Shown: in pieces, positions 46,278 through 56,293 of the stretch
How the letters are laid out: each line of letters starts with the position of its first letter
Numbering within the stretch: position 1 is the stretch's first letter
Assembly: GCA_026986575.1 (NCBI GenBank)
Contig: JALSOH010000006.1
Coordinates: forward strand, 96,001-160,000
Origin: Thermoproteota archaeon
GTDB taxonomy: Archaea; Korarchaeota; Korarchaeia; Korarchaeales; Korarchaeaceae
DNA: 64,000 nucleotides
Direction: 5' to 3'
Translations under genes and position numbers: made by a program
The notes under the pieces: generated by a model
Told to the model about the DNA's origin: nothing
Database searches by the model: none
Seen by the model: only the letters and a program-made list of their open reading frames with translations

Positions 46278-47654
46278 ATGAGACCTAGCTATATAATGCT
46301 GGCTTTCCTTCTAGCGTTCTTGTTCTTACTTTCTCCGTTATACGCACTTTCCTCACCTGAGGATGCAAAACTATATCTGAAACCCACGAGTGATACCTAC
46401 ATTTCCAAGGAATGTAGAGATTGCAAGATGTTCAATGAAAGCGAACTCAGAGTGGGGATGGAAGCTATTAAAGAGAGAAATCCTTTCGTTATCTCTCATG
46501 TAGAGTATAGGGTGATCCTCAGGGGCCCCTACAGCTCGCTGATAAAATTCAACTTATCCGAGATACCACCTGGGGCCGAAATAAAGCTTGCTAGACTCTG
46601 GCTTTACGTCAAGGAACCTCCTGAGGGCGGTTTGAAACTTCTACTTTACGTTTTAAGGGAGAAGTTCAATGACACGGAGACCACGTGGATTTACAGGACT
46701 AGCAGGGCTCGGTGGAAGACCTCCGGGGGGTACGCCGAACCAGACTATCTTACTAAGATCAGGGTGGACGAGACCCTCTCTGAAGGAAGGTCTGTAGGTT
46801 TCTTGGTAACAGACTATGTTAAGAGGGTCCTAAGTGGCCAAATAGAGGATTATGGACTGATAATAAGGCCAGATGTCGGCAAAGTGGAAGTCTCGGACTT
46901 CGGATCATCCTCGCACATGAATTTATATGTCGACTTCTACAGCAGCGAAGGTGCTGTTAGGGAGCACAAGAGCAAATATGTCCCCACACTTTACGTCGAG
47001 TTCGTCAAACCAACAGCTATCCTGAACATATCGAAGGACAGGGTAACTCTAGAAAGGGGAGAAAGTACCGAAGTAACTCTCATGGAAAGTGGGACCTTCC
47101 TTGGAAGTGTTGGACTTGGATACAGGATTGTAGAGGCCCCAAGTCTGAAAGTAGGCCCGCTTAAGATTACAATATCCAATTATACCAAGGAACCGGGATT
47201 CTCTGCCAATGTAAAGGTGGAAGCCAGCAAATACGCGCCCCCAGGGAAGTACGTGATAGAGTTCTATCCCGATACCTTCGGATATGGATCAGATGTAGTC
47301 GAATGGGGAAAGGTCAATCTTACCGTCACCGTTTCAGGAGAAACGGGAACCGAGGTTACATCGACTACTGAGTCCCAAACCGAAACCGGAACGCCCCCAA
47401 CGCAGACATCCGAGATCGGAACAACCACTCAGTCAACTATTGAGACATCTACCACAGAGTTCACGGGGACGGGAACTAGACCGACTAGCGGACCTCAAGG
47501 AGGTTCGTTCGCCCCTCAGTCCACAAGCAAGACAGCGATTACAGTCACTAGGACCACGACCAAGCCGCGCAGCCTAAGTCCTCTCACAGTAGCACTGGAA
47601 ATAATTGTGGTTGTACTTCTGGTGGCGGCCTTCCTGCTGATCAGGAGGAGGTAA
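46278..47654 (+). CDS. Cell-surface protein with DNRLRE/CBM96-like domain, Thr-rich stalk and C-terminal TM anchor
   Basis: Signal peptide; DTYIS, SLIKFNLSEIPPGAEIKLARLWLY, TTW...W...GG, YGLII, FYSSE, PTLYVEF; ends TM plus RRR. Confidence 0.75.
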   Translation: MRPSYIMLAFLLAFLFLLSPLYALSSPEDAKLYLKPTSDTYISKECRDCKMFNESELRVGMEAIKERNPFVISHVEYRVILRGPYSSLIKFNLSEIPPGAEIKLARLWLYVKEPPEGGLKLLLYVLREKFNDTETTWIYRTSRARWKTSGGYAEPDYLTKIRVDETLSEGRSVGFLVTDYVKRVLSGQIEDYGLIIRPDVGKVEVSDFGSSSHMNLYVDFYSSEGAVREHKSKYVPTLYVEFVKPTAILNISKDRVTLERGESTEVTLMESGTFLGSVGLGYRIVEAPSLKVGPLKITISNYTKEPGFSANVKVEASKYAPPGKYVIEFYPDTFGYGSDVVEWGKVNLTVTVSGETGTEVTSTTESQTETGTPPTQTSEIGTTTQSTIETSTTEFTGTGTRPTSGPQGGSFAPQSTSKTAITVTRTTTKPRSLSPLTVALEIIVVVLLVAAFLLIRRR

Positions 47655-47785
47655 CAAGTTCCCATCACTCTTTTTTATTGCACCTTACCTTATAGGGTAA
47701 GAAATTCAACAAATTAAATTGGATATCGAACCTATCACCCTAACAACCGTTAAATTTTCCTCTTGGGGGGAAGTAAGGTGATCAT

Positions 47786-49075
47786 TTGACTGGGCCTATG
47801 GTCGAATTCTCAGCTTGGACTAGGCTCATCCCTGAGTCAGAGATAAGGAGGTTACTGAAGTATAAGGTGAAGTACTACTTCGCTGGGGGTAAACCGGGAG
47901 TCCTACCCCTAGGTGCCTTTCCGATGATACTAAATACCCTAGCCCTCCAAGAGCTTGAGAGCATATTCTCCGGAAGGGAGGTCGAGGTGATAGAGGACTA
48001 CAACTACGGACCGACTGACGGTCTTCCAGAGGTAAGGAAGGTAATGGCCAATATGATGAGGGAGAGGGACGGTATAAATCTAGACCCTGAGGAGGGATGG
48101 AAAGAGGTCCTGATAACCACAGGTTCTCAGCAAGCCATTCACCTGATACTGGATGTCCTGCTCAATCCGGATGATCTGGTGATAGTACCGGCCCCCGTTT
48201 ACCTCGGATTCGTGAATGTGGTCACCAAGTTCAGGGGGCAGGTGATAGCCGTACCCGGGGATAAGCAGGGGATGATTCCAGAGTACGTGGATAAGGCCAT
48301 AGACAGGGCGATCAACAAGTTCGGTAGGAAACCCAAGCTCATATATGTAGTGGCTGATTCTGACAATCCGTCCGGAACTACAATGCCGGAGAACAGGAGG
48401 AGGGATCTCCTAGATGTTGCGAAGGATAAGGGGCTGTATCTGGTAGAGGACGCAGCCTACAGGGAGATACAGTTTAGGGGAGAGAGACTCAAGCCTATAC
48501 GGGCCTTCGATGATGATGGGAGCACCGTCATATACATGAGGACAACCAGCAAAGAAGTCGCGGTGCTCAGGGTCGGGTACAACCTCATGCCCCCCGAGGT
48601 AAGAGAAGAGGTCATCAAGGCCAAGGGCTACAACGACCTCTGCACCCCCACGATAACCCAGAAGATCGCCAAAGTGTACTACGAGAAGTACTTCCCACAG
48701 TTCATAGAGAAGGTGAGGGAAGGCTACAGGAAGAGGTACGAGGCCATGGCCAAGGCGATAGACGAGGACTTCCCGGATGGCGAGAGAACCGATCCCACCG
48801 GCGGGTTCTTCATATGGTGGGAGGCTCCTAGGAAAGATTTCGACTCCAAGAAGTTCTTGGAGGAGGTTGCCATACCCAATGATGTACTGTATGTCCCCGG
48901 ACAGGCCTTCTACCCACTCAAGGGATACATATTCCATCCCGAGAGCGGCGACTTGGTGGATGCATCTAACAGCCCGACCAACGCCCTTAGACTGAGCTAT
49001 TCCTACATGGAGCCTGAGGTCATTGAGGAGGGCATAAGGAAGCTGGGATCTCTTCTGAAGGAGTATCTATCCTAG
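47786..49075 (+). CDS. Class I/II PLP aminotransferase (ARO8/LysN-like)
   Basis: SEIRRLL, YGPTDG, ITTGSQQA, NPSGTT, EDAAY, TTSK, PTGGFFIW, YVPG, LRLSYS. Confidence 0.9.
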   Translation: MTGPMVEFSAWTRLIPESEIRRLLKYKVKYYFAGGKPGVLPLGAFPMILNTLALQELESIFSGREVEVIEDYNYGPTDGLPEVRKVMANMMRERDGINLDPEEGWKEVLITTGSQQAIHLILDVLLNPDDLVIVPAPVYLGFVNVVTKFRGQVIAVPGDKQGMIPEYVDKAIDRAINKFGRKPKLIYVVADSDNPSGTTMPENRRRDLLDVAKDKGLYLVEDAAYREIQFRGERLKPIRAFDDDGSTVIYMRTTSKEVAVLRVGYNLMPPEVREEVIKAKGYNDLCTPTITQKIAKVYYEKYFPQFIEKVREGYRKRYEAMAKAIDEDFPDGERTDPTGGFFIWWEAPRKDFDSKKFLEEVAIPNDVLYVPGQAFYPLKGYIFHPESGDLVDASNSPTNALRLSYSYMEPEVIEEGIRKLGSLLKEYLS

Positions 49076-49174
49076 AAAAGATTCTTCCTCACTATTTTTC
49101 CTTTGCAGGAGCATGACAGCGTTCATAAAGCGTTAAATAATTTACCTCCCGCTTCTTTGGCGGGGGTTTCCCCT

Positions 49175-50053
49175 ATGCCGGATTTGAAGGAATCCATCAA
49201 GAGTGGTATAGTGACCATGATGAGAGAGGCCGCTTTTAACGTCCCAAGGGATGTAAGGGAGGCCCTTCAGAGGGCATATGAGATTGAGGATAACCCCGTG
49301 GCCAAAGCCAACTTGAAGGCAATCCTCAGGAACATAGAGGTCTCCGGAAAGACCAAGCTACCTATGTGCCAAGATACTGGAACTCCAACCTTCTTCATCG
49401 AGCTGGGTGAGGACTTTCCGCTGAAATCTGAACTAAGATCCCTGATAGAGGAGGCGGTCAGAACCGCCACGAGTGAGATTCCCCTCAGGCCCAACGCGGT
49501 AGATCCTTGGACCTACAAGAACTCAGGCGATAACACCGGGAGGTATGTGCCGATAATTCACTTGGAGCTGGTTCCGGGCTCCGAGATGAAGGTAATTTAC
49601 CTCGCTAAGGGAGGGGGGAGTGAGAACACATCAAAGCTTTACATGCTGAGCCCTGTCTTGGGCTTAAAGGGAATAAAGAGGGCGGTCATAGATGCAATGC
49701 TCGATGCCGGTCCGAAGCCCTGTCCGCCCATAGTGGTAGGGGTTGGTGTGGGAGGCAGCGCGGACATGGCGCTGAAGCTCGCGAAGAAGGCGACCTTTAG
49801 GAGACTGGACGAGCCTAATCCAGACCCCAAGCTGGCTGAGATAGAACAGGAACTGCTGGAGAAGATAAACTCCCTCGGGCTGGGGCCCATGGGCTTGGGA
49901 GGGAAGACCTATGCTTTAGGCGTCAAGATAGAGTGGGCTCACAAGCATCCAGCCAGCCTTCCCGTTGGAATAAACACTCAATGCTGGGCATTCAGGAGGT
50001 CCGAGGCAGTGTTTGACAGCAGCGGGAACATGAAGTTGCTGGTTCCCCCATGA
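49175..50053 (+). CDS. Fe-S hydro-lyase, fumarate hydratase/tartrate dehydratase alpha subunit
   Basis: PMCQDTG, LRPNAVDP, KGGGSEN, PCPP.VVGVGVGG, IN.LG.GPMGLGG, HPASLPV, QCWA.R. Confidence 0.93.
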   Translation: MPDLKESIKSGIVTMMREAAFNVPRDVREALQRAYEIEDNPVAKANLKAILRNIEVSGKTKLPMCQDTGTPTFFIELGEDFPLKSELRSLIEEAVRTATSEIPLRPNAVDPWTYKNSGDNTGRYVPIIHLELVPGSEMKVIYLAKGGGSENTSKLYMLSPVLGLKGIKRAVIDAMLDAGPKPCPPIVVGVGVGGSADMALKLAKKATFRRLDEPNPDPKLAEIEQELLEKINSLGLGPMGLGGKTYALGVKIEWAHKHPASLPVGINTQCWAFRRSEAVFDSSGNMKLLVPP

Positions 50054-50057
50054 GGAG

Positions 50058-50666
50058 GTGAATCTTATGGCCGAGTACAGGTTGAGGACTCCTATATCTG
50101 AGGAGGATGTTAGGAAGCTCAAGGTAGGCGATATCGTCTATCTAGACGGGATAATTATAACCGGGAGGGATCAGGTACACAGGAGGGCCTTGGAGCTCGC
50201 AGCTAAGGGGGAGAAGGACAAGGTCCCTGTCAACTTGGAGGGAATGGCCCTCTATCACTGTGGCCCCATAGTCAAGAAGATAGATGATGAGTGGAAGATA
50301 TTCGGTTTTGGCCCGACGACCAGCGCTAGGATGGAGAGCGTCGAGGCGGACTTCATCAGGGAGTTCAAGGTAAGGCTGATTATAGGTAAGGGAGGGATGT
50401 TCGAGAAGACCACGCAGGGAATGAAGGAGTACGGCGCCGCCTACCTGGCCTATCCCGGTGGAACTTCGGCCGTGGCCACCAGTGCGGTGAAAAGAGTAGT
50501 TGATGTCCACTGGCTGGATCTGGGCACGCCTGAGGCGATGTGGGTCGTTGAAGTCGAGAACTTCGGTCCCACCATGGTCGCCATAGATTCCCATGGTAAT
50601 AACCTCTATACCGATGTGCTGAGCAAGGCCAAGAAGGTGGCTGAGGAGATAAAGGCCAAGTTCTGA
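50058..50666 (+). CDS. Fe-S hydro-lyase, fumarate hydratase/tartrate dehydratase beta subunit
   Basis: GRDQVH, YHCGP, GPTTSARM, IGKGGM, DLG.PEA.W, IDSHGNNLY. Confidence 0.93.
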   Translation: MNLMAEYRLRTPISEEDVRKLKVGDIVYLDGIIITGRDQVHRRALELAAKGEKDKVPVNLEGMALYHCGPIVKKIDDEWKIFGFGPTTSARMESVEADFIREFKVRLIIGKGGMFEKTTQGMKEYGAAYLAYPGGTSAVATSAVKRVVDVHWLDLGTPEAMWVVEVENFGPTMVAIDSHGNNLYTDVLSKAKKVAEEIKAKF

Positions 50667-50713
50667 ACTTCTCATGAGATAAAATCCTCTCTCCTCTTTT
50701 TTGGAACGTATTG

Positions 50714-50731
50714 AAACGTTCTAGAACGTTT
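50714..50731. promoter_or_regulatory. Perfect 18-bp palindrome AAACGTTCTAGAACGTTT (candidate operator)
   Basis: Read directly; about 12 nt upstream of TTTACATA and the 50771 ORF. Confidence 0.6.
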
Positions 50732-50770
50732 TAGATAATCATGTTTACATATCCCTCCCTCACATAATAT

Positions 50771-51076
50771 GTGGAGGTAGATATGGCCAGCTTGGTCGAA
50801 TCATCTATTTTCTCGCTCGAATCTATGGGATTCAAGGTCCTCTACTGGAGAATAGACAGGGGACGGGTGGAGGTCATACTCAGGGCACCGGAAGGAGACT
50901 TCACTAGCGCTCTTTCGAAGATGAGAAGGGATCTAAAGGCCAAAAGGGTAGCATTGGAGGTATCTATGGAAGGAGGGGAGCTCTTGGTCAGGATGAGCTT
51001 CGAGCTCGGGAAACCTCCCAAGGGACTTAAACCAAGGGGCCTGAATGACCTACTCGCTTGGGGACCTACGCTCTGA
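50771..51076 (+). CDS. Hypothetical protein (start may be ATG 50783)
   Basis: ORF with GGAGGT RBS before MASLVES. Confidence 0.65.
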   Translation: MEVDMASLVESSIFSLESMGFKVLYWRIDRGRVEVILRAPEGDFTSALSKMRRDLKAKRVALEVSMEGGELLVRMSFELGKPPKGLKPRGLNDLLAWGPTL

Positions 51077-51215
51077 CCTTAGCCCTCTTTAATGAGGTGA
51101 GAAGTTCGGCCGTCGCTAATACAGAAGCTATATCCTCTGGATCCTCGAAATTCATTTCCTCCAGCGTTCTCAAGTAGCGAATATATGCCCTTCTGAACGC
51201 CCTTTCCTCCCTCAT
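51066..51215 (-). CDS. Small hypothetical protein (49 aa)
   Basis: MREERAFRRAYIRYL...; minus-strand TTTTTATA about 25-30 nt upstream. Confidence 0.5.
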   Translation of the reverse strand: MREERAFRRAYIRYLRTLEEMNFEDPEDIASVLATAELLTSLKRAKVRA

Positions 51216-51290
51216 TCCCAGCGGCAATTTGACCCTACGATATAAAAAGAACGTATAACTAATAAACAATATCTAGGCCAGCCTATTTCT

Positions 51291-52094
51291 TCAAATTTTC
51301 CCACTAACTAACGAACCATCTGGCATAACGGCGATTTCCGGAGTTATCCTTGCCTTTCTTAACCTCTCTCTGACGCTGGGATACAAAACCACTAGTTCAG
51401 GCTCGAAATCCCTTACTAGAGTTGGATCCAGCTCCCTAAGCCTCTCCAGAAGTTGGGAGACCTCTTCCTCCTTTGAAAAGCTGATCACTGCTGATACGTG
51501 TACGCTGGCTCCGCTCTCCAACAGGTTCCTTAACCCTTCTAGTTGAAGGAAAAACCCCTCCTCTTTGGCGCCTGTCAGTTTAGAGAACTGCTCAGGGGTT
51601 GTTCCCTTCAGAGATACCCTCACATGAATGTGATCTCTCGCTAGATCTCTAGCATAATTCTTGTCTGAGAGGAGTATGGCGTTCGTCTCAAGTATGAAGA
51701 GGAGGCCGCTCCCTTCCAATTCTTCGATCAGTTCGATGAGGTGGCCCCTCCCTATGGTCGGTTCAGCACCGCTGACCCTTACCTTGGAGAACCCACGCCT
51801 CCTAGCTCCATCTATTAGAATTTTAGCCACTTCCTTGGGTGAGTAGAACCTACCCAATTCCATATTGACGACATGACGGAAGCTCCAGCAAAAGATACAT
51901 CTCAAGTTGCACCCAACGGCATCGGCGGTGAAGATGCCGCCGTAAAATCTGGTGGGGCGGAATCTATAGTATCTCCTGAGCTGCCCCTCCAACGAGGGCT
52001 TAGTGACCTTCTCCTCGACGATCCTCGAGAGGGTTAGGGGATCATACCCCCCTATTAACGCGAGAGTCTCTTGGCAATGTCCCTCCCGATCCAC
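51291..52094 (-). CDS. Radical SAM protein (uncharacterised archaeal family)
   Basis: RRYYRFR..RFYGGI.TADAVGCNLRCIFCW, RVSGAEPT, FILETN, VRVSLKG. Confidence 0.9.
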   Translation of the reverse strand: MDREGHCQETLALIGGYDPLTLSRIVEEKVTKPSLEGQLRRYYRFRPTRFYGGIFTADAVGCNLRCIFCWSFRHVVNMELGRFYSPKEVAKILIDGARRRGFSKVRVSGAEPTIGRGHLIELIEELEGSGLLFILETNAILLSDKNYARDLARDHIHVRVSLKGTTPEQFSKLTGAKEEGFFLQLEGLRNLLESGASVHVSAVISFSKEEEVSQLLERLRELDPTLVRDFEPELVVLYPSVRERLRKARITPEIAVMPDGSLVSGKI

Positions 52095-53446
52095 ACTCCC
52101 GAGGCAGATGCCTGAACTAGTCCCCTAGAGACGCCGGCGCCATCGCCACCTGCGTAAAGTCCCTCAATGGTCTTGGTCTCCAAATTCTCCTTGAGATCCA
52201 GCTTGGCCGTGTGAAGCTTCACCTCTATCCCGTAGAGCAGGGTGTGGTCCGACGCTATCCCAGGCATTATCTCGTTCATTGCCTGTAGCATCTCCAGTAT
52301 ATCTTTTAAGTAGCGATAGGGAAGGACGAAGCTCAAATCTCCGGGAACGGCCGACGGGAGCGTAGGCTTTACTATACTGCGGCCCAACCTAGAGGGAGTG
52401 GATCTCCTCCCTCTCTTGAGGTCGCCGAACCTCTGGATGATGGGCTGATTGCCCGCTATGTTGTTGGCCATCCTAGCTATGCTGAGAGCGTAGGATATCG
52501 TGTCTTTATAGGGCTCTGTGAACTTGGTCGTGACGAGAACTGCGAAGTTCGTGTTATCTGTCTTGTAATCCTCCCTAGCCACTCCATTCACGGTTACAAT
52601 TCCCCAATAGGATTCAGTGACCACCTCCCCCCCAGGGTTGACGCAGAAGACTCTCACCCTGTCATCGAAGGTCTCGCTGTAGTAGATCAGCTTCGGCTCG
52701 TACAGAACCTCAGTGAACTCCTCCATGACCTCATAGGGCACCTCTACCCTAACACCGAGATCCACCTTGCCCCCCTCCACCTTTATGCCCAATCTCTTCG
52801 CCTCTCTAACGAGCCAACTAGCGCCTACCCTGCCCGGGGCCACCACCACGTACTTGGATAGGAGCTCCTCACCGTTGGATAGCTTCACCCCCTTGACTTT
52901 GCCGTTCTCCACTAGAATGTTGTCAGCCGCGATACCGAATCTGAAGACGACCCCCATCTCCAGAAGCCTCTTCCTGAAGTTCATGAGGACTTTGTAGCCG
53001 CCATCGCTCCCCATGTGCCTTATCCTGAAGGGGATCAACAGGAGCCCGGCCCTCAGCGCCTTGCTCTTCAACATCTCAATGGCCCTCCTGTTCTCACCGT
53101 ACACCTTCTTCGGAGCCCCTAAATCTAGGAATACCTTGTCTACATAGTCTATCAGTTCCCATACAACCTTCTCGCCTATGACGCTAGCTAAATCACCACC
53201 TATGTCCTTGGTTAGGTTGAGCTTGCCATCGCTGAAGGTCCCGGCTCCTCCAAATCCCGACACTATATCGCAGACCGGGCAGGCCAAGCACTTCCCCACA
53301 CTCTTCAATGGGCACTTTCTACCCTCTAGGTCCTTACCAAGTTCGACTACAATGACTTCAGACTCTGGAGCAAGCCTCTTTATCTCCATGGCGGCGAAGA
53401 GCCCGGTGGGTCCCGCACCTACTATGACGACATCCCACTCGCTCAA
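52055..53446 (-). CDS. FAD-dependent oxidoreductase (uncharacterised family)
   Basis: GAGPTG, GFGGAGTFSDGKL, APGR.G, GVRVE, FCVNPGG.V, GDGAG..RGL..A. Confidence 0.9.
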   Translation of the reverse strand: MSEWDVVIVGAGPTGLFAAMEIKRLAPESEVIVVELGKDLEGRKCPLKSVGKCLACPVCDIVSGFGGAGTFSDGKLNLTKDIGGDLASVIGEKVVWELIDYVDKVFLDLGAPKKVYGENRRAIEMLKSKALRAGLLLIPFRIRHMGSDGGYKVLMNFRKRLLEMGVVFRFGIAADNILVENGKVKGVKLSNGEELLSKYVVVAPGRVGASWLVREAKRLGIKVEGGKVDLGVRVEVPYEVMEEFTEVLYEPKLIYYSETFDDRVRVFCVNPGGEVVTESYWGIVTVNGVAREDYKTDNTNFAVLVTTKFTEPYKDTISYALSIARMANNIAGNQPIIQRFGDLKRGRRSTPSRLGRSIVKPTLPSAVPGDLSFVLPYRYLKDILEMLQAMNEIMPGIASDHTLLYGIEVKLHTAKLDLKENLETKTIEGLYAGGDGAGVSRGLVQASASGVWIGRDIAKRLSR

Positions 53447-53467
53447 CAGTTTCCCTTTCGGTTCCCG

Positions 53468-54181
53468 TCAGGTGAGTGATAATAAACCCTTCTCTCTGGA
53501 GAGGTAGGAGAGGGTTCCCAAGTAGCTGCCTTCTAGCGTGAGCACATCTGTCGCTTCAGGGTCTATGCACTTGGGGAACACGGGACCCCTCTCCCTCATC
53601 CGGAGTAGATCTCCATAACCCAGTATGTCATTGAAAGCGGGGACCACCACCAGTGTACGTGGAAGGTAGTTGCATGTGGTCTCGGCTATCAACCAGACAG
53701 GCATCTTGCCGAGGCCCTTGATCAAGATGGCCGGGTGGACATGCCCCATCACCCCGAACTCGTACTCAGAGGATTCAGGCGGGGGAAGGGCATGACCGTG
53801 AAACACCCACACCTCATCTAGGGGGACGCCCCTAGGCCCTCTGACATCACAGGAGTCCCCTACCACGCTTACTATACCCCCATCGTGATTCCCGGCCGTG
53901 AGGACGATCCTTGGAAAGGCGGCAGAGATCTCCTTGAGGAACTTCCTCACTCTGAATCTAGAAGAGAGGCCGATAGAGTGCTTCAAATCCCCTGCTATGA
54001 TCAGACCATCAGCTGGTCCCAAGGAGAGGAGCTTCTTGGCTAGGTGTTCGGTCCTATCGGGTATGTAGACCCCCTCCTTGGCGAGCTCTAACTCGAATCC
54101 CAAGTGGAGGTCGGCTATGAGGATCCACCTTTTCCCATCAACCTTTATCTCTAGGGCCGGGCTTCCCCATATGGGTTCCAT
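53468..54181 (-). CDS. Calcineurin-like metallophosphoesterase
   Basis: ADLHLG, GDLKH, GNHD, HGH, GHVHP, VPAFN. Confidence 0.9.
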   Translation of the reverse strand: MEPIWGSPALEIKVDGKRWILIADLHLGFELELAKEGVYIPDRTEHLAKKLLSLGPADGLIIAGDLKHSIGLSSRFRVRKFLKEISAAFPRIVLTAGNHDGGIVSVVGDSCDVRGPRGVPLDEVWVFHGHALPPPESSEYEFGVMGHVHPAILIKGLGKMPVWLIAETTCNYLPRTLVVVPAFNDILGYGDLLRMRERGPVFPKCIDPEATDVLTLEGSYLGTLSYLSREKGLLSLT

Positions 54182-54221
54182 CGTGGGAGGGTGTAGTGAG
54201 GGACTTAAAAGGTATGGGACA

Positions 54222-54557
54222 CTGAGCCAGCTATCGTGGGGCAGCGCGCTCAAGGCGCTCAAGTCCGCCCTGAAGGGCGGGGTCGAGAAACACGTCTTCA
54301 AGCCCAGTGGCAGATACGTATACGTGGTCAGGGGACCAACGGGCCCCCATCTGGTTATGGGGGATCTGGCATGTTCCTGTTTGGACTACTACCTGAACGT
54401 CGTAATCAGGGGTAAGAGGAAACTGTGCTATCATATAGCTGCTGCCATCATATCGGAAGAAGAGGGAACTTTCAGGGTTATAGAGCATAGAGATCCGGAA
54501 TTCATAGGAGTAATCAAGGGAGTTATCTCAGCTGAGGGTCTGGGTCCAGATCCCTAA
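54222..54557 (+). CDS. SWIM zinc-finger protein (start uncertain)
   Basis: ACSCLDY...CYHI SWIM motif preceded by VYVVRG. Confidence 0.75.
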   Translation: MSQLSWGSALKALKSALKGGVEKHVFKPSGRYVYVVRGPTGPHLVMGDLACSCLDYYLNVVIRGKRKLCYHIAAAIISEEEGTFRVIEHRDPEFIGVIKGVISAEGLGPDP

Positions 54558-54607
54558 TCGTTGATAGGCGAAGCCTTTTTATCTCTCAATTATCCCTTTC
54601 GACGTAA

Positions 54608-55378
54608 GTGGTGATGATGGAGATCGAGGAGGAACTCGATAGGGAACTGCTTTCAACATATCACAGAAGGATCCTAAAAGAGATCGTGGCTAAGAAGATA
54701 GCCGGGGACATTCTTTTCAGCCAAAACATAGGGCTGGCCATGAGGAAGTGGAGGGAGTATTTCGGCATTAAGCAAAGCGAGTTGGCCAGGCTGCTAGGAG
54801 TATCCGCATCCGTAGTTTCGGACTACGAGTCGAGCAGGAGGAAGAGCCCGGGATCCCTCGTCCTCAGAAGATTCATAATGACCCTCCTCGATGAGGATGA
54901 GAAGAAGGGAGGGGCGGTAATCAGGACCCTAGTTAGGACGACCGGGATGATCCCGCTCCTCTCGAGTGTCATAGACATGAGCGAGTTCACACTTCCTATA
55001 GAGTTGGAGAAGTTCTTGGAGGTCATAGAGGGTAGGATAGTTGTTGAGGCCCCTCAGCCCACATACATTCACGGATATACTGTCATAGACAGCATTAAGG
55101 CCATACTCAGCCTGAGCGGATCCGACTTCATGAGGCTCTTCGGCACCTCCACCGAGAGGGCCCTCATCTTCACCAAGGTATCGGCTGGCAGGAGCCCCAT
55201 GGTGGCCCTCAAGGTCATAGACATAAGGCCCAGTCTAGTGGTCCTCCACGGACCTCAGCCGGATAACGTGGATAAGCTTGGTATGAAGCTGGCTTCCACC
55301 ATGAGAGTACCTCTGGCTGTCTCTATGATAGAAGATGTATATGAGCTCGTGGAGAGGCTCAGGGAGTTAACCGGCTGA
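54608..55378 (+). CDS. Archaeal HTH (XRE-type) transcriptional regulator, COG1709-like
   Basis: IAGDI.FS...MRKWRE.F...Q.ELA..LGVS.SVVSDYE..RRKSPG; GYTVIDS; FTKVS.GRSPMVA. Confidence 0.88.
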   Translation: MVMMEIEEELDRELLSTYHRRILKEIVAKKIAGDILFSQNIGLAMRKWREYFGIKQSELARLLGVSASVVSDYESSRRKSPGSLVLRRFIMTLLDEDEKKGGAVIRTLVRTTGMIPLLSSVIDMSEFTLPIELEKFLEVIEGRIVVEAPQPTYIHGYTVIDSIKAILSLSGSDFMRLFGTSTERALIFTKVSAGRSPMVALKVIDIRPSLVVLHGPQPDNVDKLGMKLASTMRVPLAVSMIEDVYELVERLRELTG

Positions 55379-56191
55379 TCATCCCGCCAAGATCGCGCCC
55401 GCTATTACCAAAGCAGATCCCACCAGCCCCTCTGCACCCAGATTTTCACCCGTCAGCAGACCTAGGGCTACTGCAGATGCCGGTTCCACGTTGGATACTA
55501 TACCAGCGGTTCCAGCTTCCACCTTACCCACTCCTTTAGCGTGCAGGTAGTAAGCTAAGAAGGATGTGAATATCCCCAAATAAATCACGGACGTTAAGAA
55601 CGGTGGATTCAGCTCATACCTATCTAGGAAGAGGAAAGGAGCTAGCTCAAGCGCCGACCAGGGTTGAGGCCCTAACCCGACTTCCAAGGCGGAATATCCG
55701 GAGGTCATCAATTTTCTCGCCATCAGAATTATCCCCGAGTAGGCTATACTGCTCCCCAGTCCAAAGAGGATGCCGCCTAAGTTTGGATTGCCTATATTTG
55801 GAAGCTGGGTCAGGAAGGCGCCTATGCCAGCTAGGAACAGCGCGATCACCTTCTTCTTGGTTATCCCCTCACCTAAGAACACGGAAGCGAACAAGACGAC
55901 GAGCGCTGGAGCCGTGTATAGTAGGACAGCCGCGATTCCCATACCTGAGAGCATAACGCTGAACATGTAAGTGAGGAACAAAGGCCCTGTGAACAGCAAG
56001 CCTAGGAGAATCAGATTCCTGTCAAAGACCTTTCTTCGAAGAACTACTAGGGCGAGAATCGCGCTGACAGCCGCCCTAAAAGCGCTGATAGAGGCTGGAC
56101 CCGCTCCGGCTGATAGAGCTATTTTAGTAGCGACACCTATTGTTCCCCACAGGAACGCCGCTGCTGCGACGTAGACCCTACCGTCGGCCAA
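55379..56191 (-). CDS. EamA/DMT family transporter
   Basis: About ten TMs; LWGT, AAVLLYTAP, EP..A, GE.L. Confidence 0.9.
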   Translation of the reverse strand: MADGRVYVAAAAFLWGTIGVATKIALSAGAGPASISAFRAAVSAILALVVLRRKVFDRNLILLGLLFTGPLFLTYMFSVMLSGMGIAAVLLYTAPALVVLFASVFLGEGITKKKVIALFLAGIGAFLTQLPNIGNPNLGGILFGLGSSIAYSGIILMARKLMTSGYSALEVGLGPQPWSALELAPFLFLDRYELNPPFLTSVIYLGIFTSFLAYYLHAKGVGKVEAGTAGIVSNVEPASAVALGLLTGENLGAEGLVGSALVIAGAILAG

Positions 56192-56293
56192 TGGCGGACA
56201 CCTTCATAGCCTCTAGACCGCAGCATGGAGGAGGGGCTTTTTGAGACTACTGTCGTATGGTGTTTATTACGCTTTCTCCCTATCTCGAGATCG

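Noticed and set aside
47350-47565. Thr/Ser-rich low-complexity coding stretch
   Set aside because: Ordinary glycosylated stalk of a surface protein, not a DNA repeat element.
49146-49166. Short GC hairpins before several start codons (also near 57215 and 42456)
   Set aside because: They straddle the probable TSS and arise easily from a pyrimidine-rich spacer next to a G-rich RBS.
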